Below are positions 11,296 to 24,452 of a stretch of DNA of 64,000 nucleotides, piece by piece. The notes below the pieces were generated by a model. The model ran no database searches, was not told the origin of the DNA, and worked only from the letters and a program-made list of their open reading frames with translations. Both the position numbers and the translations under genes were made by a program. The first letter of the stretch is position 1. Every line of letters starts with the position of its first letter. Source of the stretch: Octopus sinensis (lineage: Eukaryota); NCBI RefSeq assembly GCF_006345805.1, contig NC_043006.1, positions 67,146,001-67,210,000 on the forward strand, read 5' to 3'.

Positions 11296-11753
11296 GACCA
11301 ACAGATAACCTTTCGTGACTAAATCAGTCACAACGCGGTAGAATCACTTTAGCCATTAAAACACACTTGTATGTTGTTATAATCGAACATAACCGTAGTA
11401 TAATTTTGAAATAACGATAATATAAATATTTTTAATATGAAGTAAATTATATTGTAATTCTACAATGAGGGTCTTCAGAGACTTCATTTCTCTGTCTTTG
11501 TGAATAATAGTAGAGCCTCCCGCCTTAATATATAACGTTATATATATATATATATATATAATATCATTTTATAACTACAGTATTAGGTGCAGGAAGAGCA
11601 GTAATACAAAGTGAGGTCATTATAACTTTAGGTATTATAACAGTAAGTCTAAGAATTCCATTGCGCGCTATTGTTTAAAATTCTATTATAAATCTTCTAC
11701 GGTGTCTTGTAGTCTCAATTATGTATGTATGTATGTATATGTATATATATATA

Positions 11754-11798
<45 letters not shown>

Positions 11799-11935
11799 TA
11801 CACACGAAGTCAGACATACACAATCTAATACATATACAAAATTTCTGTATATATATATGCTGTCTGTATATTATGAATTTATATATATATTATATATATA
11901 TATATTATATATATATTATATATATATATATATAC

Positions 11936-12515
11936 TTTACAAATGAGGGTGAAAAATTTGATATTAATTTAATAATACCATCAATTTAACACCAAGTGGC
12001 TTAGCACATAAAAGCCAGGGATACAATACAAATTTATACATAAATATGAGAGAGTAACCACTATGTGGTCGACTCTAGTGCTAAAAATAGATCCGCTACG
12101 GTATAGCCACTAAAAATTGTTCCCAAGGAGAAATAACACAATTAATATCAAATTTTTCACCCTCATTTGTAAATTTAATTATACTGCAGTAAATATTTTA
12201 TGCAGTATTCGTTTCCAGAAGTCTTATCATACTTTTGGCGGGGAAATTTGAATCATAGCTGCTAATACAATCGATTGAACCGCACGTGTGTTTGACGCTG
12301 CGTCAAATTTTAACGTGCGATTTAATAAATTGTATTTTAGACAAACTTCTGCTGATGAATTATAGATGTTATGTAAGTAAAATTGCATACTACATTAATA
12401 ATGAAACAATTGTCCAGAGTTAATCTATTTTTTCGTTATTTTTCACTTGCCGTTCGTTAAATGTTGTGTTATTTCTCCTTGGAAACAATTTTTAGTGGCT
12501 ATACCATAGCGGATC

Positions 12516-12521
<6 letters not shown>
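11936..12521. repeat. Interlocked inverted repeats: 34-bp perfect IR (11936-11969/12140-12173) and ~57-bp IR (12084-12140/12466-12521)
   Basis: tttacaaatgagggtgaaaaatttgatattaatt versus aattaatatcaaatttttcaccctcatttgtaaa; atagatccgctacggtatagcc...aacaca versus tgtgtt...ggctataccatagcggatctat. Confidence 0.8.
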
Positions 12522-12544
<23 letters not shown>

Positions 12545-12546
<2 letters not shown>

Positions 12547-13170
12547 CAAGACAAAACATCTCCAGAATTGAGTCACCCCAGAGGGCACTCACTAAACGAA
12601 TTGAAGGCAGGCTGCTCTCCCTTATTGGGATCGCCTTAAAGCCTTGAAACTTTACTCCCTCCAGCGTCGCCGTGAGCGGTACATCATTTGTACGATGTGG
12701 AGAATATACCGCCAACTTTGCCCAAACGACCTTAACATTAGCTTCAAGATTCATCCAAGACTGGGACCACGGGTCATACGTCCCCTGCCCAATTCAAGAT
12801 CATAACATACATGTACACTGCAACATAATTTCTTTTCCTCGACAGGCCCTGCCCTATTTAACATTGTCCCGAGGGAGATCAAAGAGAAAAAGGATCCCAT
12901 CAACTTTAAACGGAGTCTGGATAGATTCCTTCAAAGTATACCAGATAAGCCACCCATAATTGGATACAACTCACCCAACAAGAACTCACTACTTGAACAA
13001 AACGTGATACAACTCACCCAACAAGACCTCACTACTTGAACAAAACTTGATACAACTCACCCAACAAGAACTCACTACTTGAACAAAACTTGACTTAAAC
13101 AGAATTCGAATAATCCTATCAGGTGGTGCTATTAAGTTAGACATGGCCTGGATCAATCTTTGGTCGAAAC
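12545..13170 (+). mobile_element. CR1/L2-group LINE 3' fragment
   Basis: Manual translation YWDRLKALKLYSLQRRRERYII...FKRSLDRFLQSIPD resembles the CR1 ORF2 C-terminus. Confidence 0.65.
12963..13093 (+). repeat. 43-bp direct tandem repeat x3
   Basis: gatacaactcacccaacaagaactcactacttgaacaaaac(g/t)t at 12963, 13006 and 13049; no spacers. Confidence 0.9.
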
Positions 13171-13204
13171 ATATCTTAGTTTATCAAAGTTTATATATAT
13201 ATAT

Positions 13205-13271
<67 letters not shown>

Positions 13272-14007
13272 CAGATATATATAAACATACATGCATACAT
13301 ACATACATACATTCATACATACATACATACATACATACATACATACATACATGCATACATACATACATACATACATACATACATACATACATACACACAT
13401 ACATACGTACGTACGTACTATGTACCAATGTACATACATATACGTGTCTATCTATATAAATGATTTCATATTTGACGATTTTTCGCAGTATCATAAGTAT
13501 GATTTTCGTTATATTTTACCGCAGAAACAAGAGATCATGGTGTCTTGCGTGGCAGCAACCATTCAGTCTATAGAACGGCAGCAAAAAAAACACTTTGCTG
13601 AGCCAAAGTGGAAACTGATCAACCAGCAAAAGACGAATTAATTACATGAAAATCATCGAATATAACAGCATCAAAATTACACAAACGACAAGTTTTATAC
13701 AATAGAATAGCAGTTGATTCATTCAACGACATAAACAATATACTCTATAGGCGTTCAACTCAAGTAGGCAGATTCTCACCTGTCTGTGGGAAACTGTCTA
13801 ATATAAAAGCTAGTCTTGCCAAAAGATTTATTTTCTTTTGTGAACGATGATATATACTCGAGATAGTCCTACACATTCTAGGAAATCTTTTGGTAAAACA
13901 AGTAATTTGTTAGGCATTAAGCGATGTCATGGAAAATGCACTTCGTGGAGGAGTGTATGATAACAAAGGCACGGTGTAGTTGTGGAAACGCGAACGAATT
14001 ACAGTTA

Positions 14008-14241
14008 TACAGAGTGTTCAAAAAGTTTCTCTGCAGTATTTTCTTGCAAAATAAATATTTATAAGATGATATAAGACTACAAAAGAATATATTAGATGCG
14101 CGAAGTATGTGCTGTAGTTCCATCTTGCTGAAAGTATGCATTGTTAATTTCACTTTAAGTGAGTTCACCTACAAATAGATAGGCAATATTTGAGCAGGAT
14201 GAAGAAAATTCACTGCGGAGTGAATTTTTGAACACCCAGTA
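14008..14241. mobile_element. Tc1/mariner-type MITE
   Basis: TA-cagagtgttcaaaaa ... tttttgaacacccag-TA. Confidence 0.65.
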
Positions 14242-15479
14242 TATACAAACGATTTTAAGCACCCAACTTCAATACTAAAAAGATTATCTGCGACGTAAGC
14301 CGAAGACTCTCCCAATATTCTCTGGCAAAATATTATTCGTCTAGTCAGCATCTTTCTACAGTGAAACGAACTTGGAACTAAACAGCAATAGAAAAGGTCA
14401 CTGCCTGACATATCATGCCTTTCAGGTAAGATAATTGTGACAAAATATGTTACTGATGATACGTATGTATGTATGTATGTATGTATGTATGTATGTATGT
14501 ATGTATGTATGTAGAGGTTGCTCCAAAAAGATGGACACATACTTCCCTAAAAGCTGATAAATCATTTTCTTTTTTTTCTTGGTTTGAAATTTAATTTATT
14601 AGAAATCACGAAGACTGCCAGACTAAGCTTTGATCAAAAAAATTAGACTAAAAACTATTGGAAGTTTTAAAATGCAGTTGAATTTCGAAGACAGTTTAGG
14701 AGGTAGTTCCAGACAGATACAGCTACACGACTTATCATCACTGGAATTAGAGGTAAGTTTGAAGCAGATGGAAATTTCTGGAATATCTACGAGAATCGTT
14801 CCGGATGATTGCAGACATTTACGTGCCACACAAACAAGAAAAGGTACTGGAAACGTATGGTCAAATTTAAGGAAAATCTGTGCAGCAAGCGTATCGTGAG
14901 ATCGGAATTTCAATACCGAGCACCTATCTCATTTTGAATCCCAGTTATTGGAATAGTTACATTCCAAGAACAGTCTATCCGATTCCATTGCTTCGCATTC
15001 ATCATCACCAGTTCCTGGACGAGAACCGTCATATGTTTGAAAACAGACGTCCATAGAAGAGTTAAAATCAACTTCTTTGAAAAATGAAATATACTTTAAT
15101 AAACATGGGGTACATGTGCTTTGGGACCCCTCTCTCTGTTTCTGTCTGTCTATCTCTTTCATTTTCTCTCTCTCTCCCTCCCTCCCTCCCTCTGCATACA
15201 CACACACGTATATATATACATACATACGTACATACATATATACATACATACATACATACAATATATACATACATATATACAAACATATATATATATATAT
15301 ACACATATACAAACATATATATATATATATACATATATAATATAATAATTTAATAAATAAAATATATGCATACATACATATATGTACGTACCTACATCTA
15401 TATGTATATATACATGCATATATATATATATATATAATATATATATATGTGTGTGTGTGTGTGTGCGTGTGTGTGTGTG

Positions 15480-16380
15480 TGTAAATATGAGTACAGGACA
15501 CCACAAATAAACGTAGAACAAAACGAGAAACGAAAACATAATAACAAAGTAGGAAACGGACTTTTTTAACAACGAAAAAACAGAGTACAAGACAAACAAT
15601 ACAAGGAATATTCCCCTTCATCAGCTGTCCCTGGTTCGACTCAATGCGTATTTCGTAGGTAAGGACAGAACACGACCCGCCGAAGCAATCCTTCCTGCAA
15701 AAGAATTAAATAAAATTTTTCTGCAGAGGAGTAAAACAAGGAAAGAAAAAAAGTGACAAGAACAGGACGTAAAAGCAATACAAATAAAAATACAGTGCAC
15801 ATAAAGAATAAAAACAGGACAATGAAATCAACATTGAGGGCTTTTTTTAAGCCTAGACGATGGAAAAATTCGGAGCGCAAGAAAAAGTCGGTGTTGACTT
15901 GTAGAAAGCTGCGAGCAAAAGAAAGTTGGTAGTCCACTCAGCAGTGAGAGAGATGAGGAGAAGTGAGAGAGAGAGAGAGAGGAAAGGAAATCATAAAGGG
16001 TGAAAAATAAGAAGAGAGAGACAGGTAAAGCGGAAGACAGACAGGAAGGAAGGAAAGGTCAAGTAAAGGGTTAAAGAGTTCGCGTCATAATTATATTTTT
16101 ATATAAATAATATATATATGTATATATATATATATATATATGTATGTATATGTATGTATATATGTGTGTATATATGCACACACATGCATATATGGGAACG
16201 TTACCAACGGTGCAAATAACATGAAATACATAAACAAACAATGGAAAAACGAGTAAAATACGTAAACAAGTAAAATGGAAAACAGGACAAGTAAACACAG
16301 AGAAACGACCCTTTATCAGTTGTCGGCTGTCTATCTAGTACTCTTTTCGAGCACTCAAAGACAATATGAGTTTGCAAAGA
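15480..16380 (-). repeat. Two degenerate copies (15480-15830, 16190-16380) of an unclassified interspersed repeat; related piece on + at ~58380-58640
   Basis: Shared aaacgagaaacg...ccc(c/t)t(t/c)atcag(c/t)tgtc blocks; family not assigned. Confidence 0.4.
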
Positions 16381-16696
16381 TAGTTGCTCCCATAAATTCT
16401 AAAATAAAATTTAGGATTCATGGAGGTTCCAAGTTGGGGAAAAAATTACAATAGTGATATATAAGAAAACCGAACGAAAACAAACATTTCGGGTCGTTAG
16501 ACCAGAGCGAGAGGAAAATAGTGAACACTACGAGAGAGAAGATAGATGAGAGAGAGAGAGAAAAATTCGTCCTTTCTTTTCAACGTCCATGCAGGAAAAG
16601 AAAGATGATCACGTGACGAAAAGGAAGATAGTTTTGTGAAGCAGCGTCGATTTTTACAATTCTGTAAATAATAATAATAGTATTTAATAATCTTAA

Positions 16697-16800
16697 AGCT
16701 TGTGAGCGCTTACTGCGCAATGACTAAAGAAAATAGTCTGATAATACCCAATTATTTGACTATTTTCTTTAGGCAATGGCGCAGTGATCGCTTATAAGCT
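16697..16800. mobile_element. 104-bp palindromic MITE with TTAA TSD (Kolobok-like AG...CT ends)
   Basis: TTAA|agcttgtgagcgcttactgcgcaatgactaaagaaaatagtc...gactattttctttaggcaatggcgcagtgatcgcttataagct|TTAA. Confidence 0.7.
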
Positions 16801-17023
16801 TTAAACTTATTTTAACAAAACTGTCCGGCCGAAATTGCGAGAATGATCCGGTTCTTGACTGAAGATTGAAGGCTTCGAATGTCTGTATTTTTTGTATCGT
16901 CTTCTAAATGTTTTGCGTTCTTGTCCCAGTTTGTATTTTTTACATATATATATATATATATATACTTATAAATATCTTCTATCTATCTATCTATCTATCT
17001 ACTATCTATCTATATAAATATAT

Positions 17024-17066
<43 letters not shown>

Positions 17067-17139
17067 GTATGTATATATATACTTTATATATATATTACTT
17101 TATATACTTTATTTATACGTTTATATACTTTATTTATGT

Positions 17140-17310
17140 GTTTGCGCCCCGTGGAACTTAGTGGATCAGCGAAAGGAACCGATAGCATAAGTACCAGGTT
17201 TAAAAACAAATATACACTGGAATCGAATCAGTTGACTAAAAATTCTTCGAGGTGATGCTCCAACATGGCCGCAGTCCTGTGGTCTGAAACAAGTAAAAGA
17301 TAAAAGATAA
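17140..17310 (+). mobile_element. SINE 3' half
   Basis: ccgatagcataagtacc...gctccaacatggccgcagtc...gaaacaagtaaaagataaaagata. Confidence 0.7.
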
Positions 17311-17521
17311 ACAAACCTCACCATGCCCCACTATTCAGACATGTGAAGGTTTGTTCCTCACCCACCTATGTGTATAGATTTGTAGATTTGTGCTCTTCCT
17401 TGAGGAAGTATTTTACTTCTATTTCTAGCAATGTAGGTGTCTAGGTATCATTAGTCGTACTTAGTGACGATTGAATTTTCCTTTCTGGTATTATACTGCG
17501 CCCAGCTTTAAATATGAATTA

Positions 17522-17551
<30 letters not shown>

Positions 17552-17552
<1 letters not shown>

Positions 17553-18070
17553 CTATATATATATAAAACTGTAGTTGTGTGCGTGTCTGTCCCCTTCGAT
17601 TTAGATTCCTAACTACTCCCACATTTTGCGGTGCAGTTTAACCAAATTCGGGTATCTTATAGTCGTGATTCGTATCGAGACTGTCTGAGTATTAGCGCGC
17701 GTCTACGATGAGTCTACGATTTTAAAAATAATTTAACATCATTTTTTATTCCATTTTAATGCAATAATTTTTCGTGTGTCGATGGCGGCGGAGTTGGCGT
17801 CCATGGTCACACCTGCACCTGTTTGCTTCTACCCCCTACCCCCTTCTCCCCCCTCGTGAAGCTGTGGGGAAGGGAGTGTAAGGAAATCAACGTCGTAAAG
17901 CGTTGTCAAGGAGACCAGCGTTCTTTAGAACAACGACTTCATGGCTTGAAGACACCAAAACAGAAATAGCTAAGAAAGCCCGAATTGGCATCTATAAGGA
18001 AGTAACTCTCTAAAAATGCTTATTAGTTATTTCCCTTACAAACCCGAGCAACGCCGGGCGATACTGCTAG
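17552..18070 (+). mobile_element. Non-autonomous Helitron, copy 1
   Basis: A|TCtatatatatataaaac 5' end; subterminal hairpin cccgagcaacgccggg 18043-58; CTAG 3' end. Confidence 0.85.
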
Positions 18071-18596
18071 TCTATATATATAAAACTGTAGTTGTGTAAG
18101 TGTCTGTCCCCTTCGATTTAGATTCCTAAGTACTCCCACATTTTGCGGTGCAGTTTAACCAAATTCGGGTATCTTATAGTCGTGATTCTATCGAGCCCGT
18201 CTGGGAATTAGCGCGCGTCAACGATGAGTCTACGATTTTAAAAAATATTTAACATCATTTTTTATTCCATTTTAATGCATATTTTTTCGTGTGTCGATGG
18301 CGGCGGAGTTGGCGTCCACGCTCACACCTGAACCTGTTGCTTCTCCCCTTCTTCCCTCCCTCGTGAAGCTGTGGGGAGGGAGTGTAAGGAAATCAACGTC
18401 GTAAAGCGTTGTCAAGGAGACCAGCGTTCTTTAGAACAACGACTTCATGGCTTGAAGACACTGAGTCAACAATTAAAAAAATAATTACCATCATTTTTTA
18501 TTCCATTTTTAATGCATTTTTTTGCTATAACTCTCTAAAAATGCTTATTTAGTTATTTTCCTTACAAACCCGAGCAACGCCGGGCGATACTGCTAG
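18071..18596 (+). mobile_element. Non-autonomous Helitron, copy 2, fused head-to-tail to copy 1
   Basis: TC start directly after CTAG; hairpin 18569-84; CTAG|T end. Confidence 0.85.
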
Positions 18597-18601
18597 TATA
18601 T

Positions 18602-18645
<44 letters not shown>

Positions 18646-18676
18646 TATTATATATAATATATATATATATATATAT

Positions 18677-18717
<41 letters not shown>

Positions 18718-18720
<3 letters not shown>

Positions 18721-20270
18721 CAAAATCCACAAACCCAACAACCCTGGCCACCCCATCGTCTCCACCTATAACTGCCCCACAGAGCTCATCTCTAAATACC
18801 TCGACCGTGTCCTTGCCCCCCTAGTGGCGTCTCTTCCCTCCCACATCCACGATACCAACCATGCTCTCTGGCTTTTCAACTATTTCTCCTTTCCTCCTGG
18901 CTCCCAAAATCCTTTTTACTATGCTTATCCAGAGCCTCTATACCGTTATCCCTCACCACGAAGGACTGTAGGCACTTCAACACTTTCTCGACCTCCGTCC
19001 CAACCCTGAACCTGACACCTCCACACTCATTCGCCTGGCCGAACTTGTCCTTACTCTCAACTGCTTCTCGTTCGCGGGCGAGTTCTACCAACAGACCTCG
19101 GGAGTGGCCATGGGAACGCGAATGGGCCCCAACTATGCGAACCTGTTTGTTGGCTATGTTGAGGCCCAAATATTCTCTAATTTCACTGGTCCCACTCCTG
19201 AACTATACGGTCGTTACATTGACATTATCGGTGCCACCTCACTCTCCCGTGAACATCTAGATTCCTTCCTCTCTTTCGTTCAATCCTTCCATCCAGCCCT
19301 CCACTTCACCTCCACTATCTCCAACACCTCTGTCTCCTTCCTCGACATTTCGGTCAGCATTCATCACTCCACTCTTACCACCTCCATTCACTACAAACAC
19401 ACAGACTCACACTCATACCTCAACTTCTCTTCCTCCCACCCAAAGCACACCAAGCTTTCCATCCCCTATTCCCAATTCCTCCGTCTACGTAGGCTCTGTA
19501 GTGACGACCATGACTTTGAGACTCAGTCTCAACGTTTGGCTCACCACTTCATCCTACGTGGATACCCCCTCTCCACTATCCACCCGCCCTTGCCAGAGCA
19601 CGTTCCGTAGACCGTGCATCTGCTCTCTCTCCCCGAACCCGCCCTGTAGTCTCCCGCCTCCCTTTTCCGCTCACTTACCACCCCACGACCCTACCTCTCC
19701 AACGCACCATTCTTCGATCTTTCCGGCATCTCCAGTCCGACCCGTCCACTTCACACCTCTTCCCTAACCGACCCCTCCCCTCCTTCAAACGAGCCCATAA
19801 CCTACGAGACCTTTTGGTCCACAGCTCCTTCCCTGACCCTACCTCCCAACCTGGCTCGTTCCCCTGCTCCCGCCCACGTTGCCGCACTTGCCCTTACCTC
19901 TCCAACACCACCCTTTTCACTGGCACCCATCATCGACCCTATCGCATCATCAACTCCTTCACCTGCACCTCCAGCAATATCATCTTTTGCGTCTCCTGCT
20001 CTCTCTGCCATTCCCTGTACATCGGACAAACGGGACGCCGCTTGGCTGGCCAGTTCGCGGAACACCTCCGTGACGTCCGCCTTGCCAACGACACACCGGT
20101 CTCACGCCATTTCCGCTCCACCGGTCACTCCTTGCAACACCTGTCTGTGTTCGGTTTGTCCTTGCACAAAGGCCATCCGGATTCCCGTTTGCGCCGTGAA
20201 CAGGAATTAATCTTCTCTCTTCGCTCTTTTACGCCATTTGGTCTCAACTCTCCCCCCTCCTCATCTAACC
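18718..20270 (+). pseudogene. PLE RT + GIY-YIG ORF, frameshifted; YIDD motif reduced to YID-II
   Basis: ORF pieces 19104-19610 and 19814 onward; cgttacattgacattatc lacks one Asp codon. Confidence 0.85.
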
Positions 20271-21002
20271 TCCTCCCGACCCCTACTTCTCTTCAGTCCT
20301 TCATCCTTTCACCCCTACTCCCTTTCCCTCCTCTTCCCTTCTTCCCTCTTTCTTCTTCCCTCTTCCCCTTCCCTCTTTCTCTCTGCTCCCTCACTCCCCT
20401 TCTCTCTCCCTCTCCCCCTCCCTCTATCCTCCCTCCTCTTCTCTTCTCCTTCCTTCTCCCCCTTCCCCCTCCTCCTCCCTCCTCTTCTCCTCTTTCCTTC
20501 TCCCCCCTCACACTCCACCCTCATCTCCTTTTCCCCTCCACCCACCACCCTCATCTCATCTCATTTCCCCCTCCACCCCCTCATCTCATCTCACCCTCAC
20601 CACCCCTCCTTCTTTCATTCTCCCCCTCCCCATCTCACCTTTCCCCTTCTCCCTCCCCTTCTCCTCTTTCCTTTTTCCCTCCTCTTTCCTTTCCCCCCTC
20701 TTCCTCACTCCCCCTCGCCCCCTCATCTCCTCTCTCTACACTACACCATACGACTTTACACATCACATCATATATACATACGCACGTCCAGACCTCTCAT
20801 ACGCACTACATACTCTCTTATACACACACACACACTTATGTTGGGGCGAGGTCATTTAACCCTGTTATCTCCTCTAATTTCGCTCTTGCGTCTCACCTTT
20901 GATCTTTGACTTCTAGCCGAAATCAGATCGCCATGTTGATTCGCTAGCCTCTGCACACATTTTTTTCTCTCCTTGTTTCTCTCCGTGTGTCTTTTCTGTG
21001 TA

Positions 21003-21040
21003 TCTTTCTGTTGAAGAGCGTAGGCTCGAAACGTAAAAGA
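21003..21040 (+). ncRNA. Minimal type I hammerhead (PLE pLTR) with variant core CUGUUGA
   Basis: tcttt-CTGTTGA-A-gagc(gtag)gctc-GAAAC-GTA-aaaga; 5-bp stem I, 4-bp stem II, palindromic ACGT stem III. Confidence 0.75.
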
Positions 21041-21136
21041 CTTGTTTTATTTATATTCCTGGGCGCCATACTAATACAATTGTTGGTTTGTACTCCACCT
21101 GCCTTCGTCTTTTTGTTATTTTCATAAAGCTTCCCG

Positions 21137-21194
<58 letters not shown>

Positions 21195-21795
21195 GTGTGT
21201 GTGTGTGCGTATGTGTGTATATGTGTCTGTCTGTATTTGTGTATATGTATCGAGATATAGACAGGCAGATAGATAGAGATACATACATACATATATACAT
21301 CTGTATATATATATATATACATACACACACACACACACACACACATATATGTATATATATATATACATACTATATATATATTATATATATATTATATATA
21401 TATATATATTATATATATATATATATATATAATGTTATGCGCCTCAGCATATATATATATATATGTTATGTGCCTCAGCAGCCGATTGCGTGAAAACACT
21501 CAGATCTGTGAAGTTGAGAATTGTTTTTTGTCTTGTTCAGAGGTTTGCGCTCTGCAATAAATATTTGTTTGTGCGTGAGTAATTATATGTGATTCTAGAC
21601 ACACACACACACACACATACACACACACATATTTAGATGTGTGTCTGTAAGAATGTAAGTGTATATATATACATATATATACTCATTCACGCTCTCACAC
21701 ACATTTGTATACGTGTGTTTATATATGCTTGTATATATCTATGTACATTTATATATGTATATATACATATATATATATATGTGTGTGTGTGTATG

Positions 21796-21829
<34 letters not shown>

Positions 21830-21947
21830 TGTATATATATATGTATATATATGCACAAACACACACACACATATATATATACATATATACGTGTATATAT
21901 ATATATGTATATATATGCATTCACACACATTCACACACACACATATG

Positions 21948-21995
<48 letters not shown>

Positions 21996-22472
21996 CATGC
22001 ACATTATGCCTTTGACCAGCTAACTGTGTTAAAGCTTACTGGAGTGTGTATATGTATTAAATGTGCGTTGGAATTGTAACGCCATTGTATGATGTCTGCG
22101 TATATACGTGTAAAACGTGTAAACATGGGTATATGTATGTGTACGTTTGTAAAATGTCTCCTATATATGCGTGACATAAAAGTGCCTCCTATGTGTGCGT
22201 GACGTCAGATGTCTGTGTGTCGTGTCCAACTGAATACTGTGTGAAACAATCAGAAAATGGAGTTCACACTGGTCTAACCAGCGGATTTCCACTTAACGAC
22301 TTCAATAATGGTACAAGAACGATATTGAACCCGTGCCAATTGTTCATATTGACCTCGTCTGTGTTTCTCAAGCTTGTTGTGAATTATGGGAGGAGATGTT
22401 CAAGACATTTATGTCTTTTCCCCGCTTCTTTCTTCCTTTCTCTATCTCATCTCTCTCTCTCTCTTTTCCTCT

Positions 22473-22508
<36 letters not shown>

Positions 22509-22544
22509 GGATCATATATATATTCTTTTATTTTTTATTGTTTT

Positions 22545-22797
22545 ATTTGTTTCAGTTATTTGACTGCGGCCTTGGTGGAGCACCGCCAATATTCGAACAA
22601 GGATTCGACCCCAGGATTTTGTAAGCCTAGTACTTACTCTTTCGGTATCTTTTGCCGAACTGCTAAGTATCGGAGACGTAAACACACCAGCATCGGTTGT
22701 CAAGTGATGTTTGCAGGACAAACATAGACACACACACACACACACACGCAAACACACACACGCACACACACAAACACACACACACACACACACACAC

Positions 22798-22842
<45 letters not shown>

Positions 22843-22975
22843 GACGGGCTTCTTTCAGTTTCTATCTACCAAATCCACTCACACGATTTTGGTCGGTCCG
22901 AGGCCATTGTAGAAACGCAGTGGGACTGAACCAAGAACCATGTGGTTGGTAAGCAAGCAACTTATCACACACCCA
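22545..22975 (-). mobile_element. Full-length SINE with internal microsatellite
   Basis: Reverse complement of the 3878-4285 family. Confidence 0.8.
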
Positions 22976-23309
22976 CTCCTGTGACTATGATATGTGTGTG
23001 TTGTCCAAAATGGTTGTGACTTCTGTTACTTGACTGATAAAAGAAAGCCAAGAATGACCCGTCTGTTTCTCTTGTCTTGTCCGCCTTTGTATCGTGAATC
23101 TATACGAACGTTTTAATTAATTCTATTGCGATTTTGTTCCATAAATATATACATACATACACATATATATATATCAACGTGATCACCGTGACCGACCAGG
23201 CTATAGGATGTTGCTACACATCGCTGGTCACAATGCGCTTCACATTGTTTTAGCCTTCACATGACGCCACCCCACTGGCTAAGCGAAGCAGGCCAATATA
23301 TATATATAT

Positions 23310-23353
<44 letters not shown>

Positions 23354-23744
23354 TATATTAATAAATAAATAAAAACATATGCATATATACATATATGTAC
23401 GTACCTACCTCTACATGTATATATACATATATATATATACACATATGAACCTTTTATCTTTTACTTGTTTCAGTTATTTGACTGCGGCCATGATATAGCA
23501 TCACCTTGAAGTGTATTAATCGAGCAATTCGAAACTAAGATATATTTTCTTTAAAAGCTGGTATTTATTTTATCGGTCTATTTTGCTGAGCCACTAGGTT
23601 ACGAGGCCATAATCGCATATGTATATATATATATATTTTCACATATGTATATATATATATATTTTCACATATGTATATATATATATGTTTGCATGTATGT
23701 AAGTGTGTGTGTATTTGTGTGTGTCTACATATATATATATAAAT

Positions 23745-23775
<31 letters not shown>

Positions 23776-24084
23776 CGTATATATGACTGCGGACCGCAGC
23801 AATAAGTGTGTGAATCTGAGAGGGATACATTTTGAATAAAATCCTTCTGTATTTTCTTTTAAGCAAACCCAGGGAATTTTCAGCACTCCCTCGTGTGTAT
23901 GTATGTATATATATATATATATATGTGTGAGTGTGTGTGTGCGTGCGTGTGTGTGTGGTGTGTGTGTGTACATATGTGTGTGTGGGTGTATATATATATA
24001 TATATAGGTCGGTAAATGGTGGGGGTTGTGTTAACCGCACGTGGAGAAATGATAGGAGATGAAAAATTATAATTTTTCCTCTCT

Positions 24085-24121
<37 letters not shown>

Positions 24122-24224
24122 ATACACACACAAATGCCTATATGTGTGTGTGTGCGCGCACGCACGTGCATTTGTTTCTGCGCTGATAAATGACAATTCT
24201 GTAAATAATATTTCACAAGCTTAA

Positions 24225-24452
24225 AGTGTATGAGCGATCGCCGTGTATTGACTAAAGAAAACAACACTATGAATTTATAGTTCTTAATTCTAATGGGAAG
24301 AAGCAAGACAGTCTAATGGTAACACACGTATCAAGTATATAGAGAGGCGTGAGTTGTATGCGTACCGAAAATCAACTTCTTCTCTTGAGGGCTTATATTT
24401 CCCAGTATTAAAATATTATCTTTAGTCGATACACGGCAATTGCTTATAAGCT
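24225..24452. mobile_element. 228-bp MITE related to 16697-16800
   Basis: TTAA|agtgtatgagcgatcgccgtgtattgactaaaga...tctttagtcgatacacggcaattgcttataagct|TTAG. Confidence 0.6.

Larger units (their letters stand above)
18718..21137 (+). mobile_element. 5'-truncated Neptune-type Penelope-like element between (TA)n tracts
   Basis: PKIHKPNNPG.PIVS, AMGTRMGPNYANLF and RYID (RT); CSRPRCRTCPY linker; NIIFCVSCSLCHSLYIGQTGRRL...EH...RHF (GIY-YIG with CCHH); downstream pLTR with hammerhead. Confidence 0.9.

Noticed and set aside
12963-13093. 43-bp repeats as CRISPR repeats
   Set aside because: No spacers; they lie inside a LINE fragment in a eukaryotic context.
15600-15660. CUGAUGA on the minus strand as a hammerhead
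   Set aside because: No GAAA after a plausible stem II, and the type II permutation using the upstream GAAA gives no stem I or stem II pairing.
20270-20902. Pro/Leu/Ser/Phe-rich C-terminal extension of the 362-aa ORF
   Set aside because: The frame stays open only because the pyrimidine tract lacks A; the opposite-strand Gly/Glu/Arg ORFs have the same cause.
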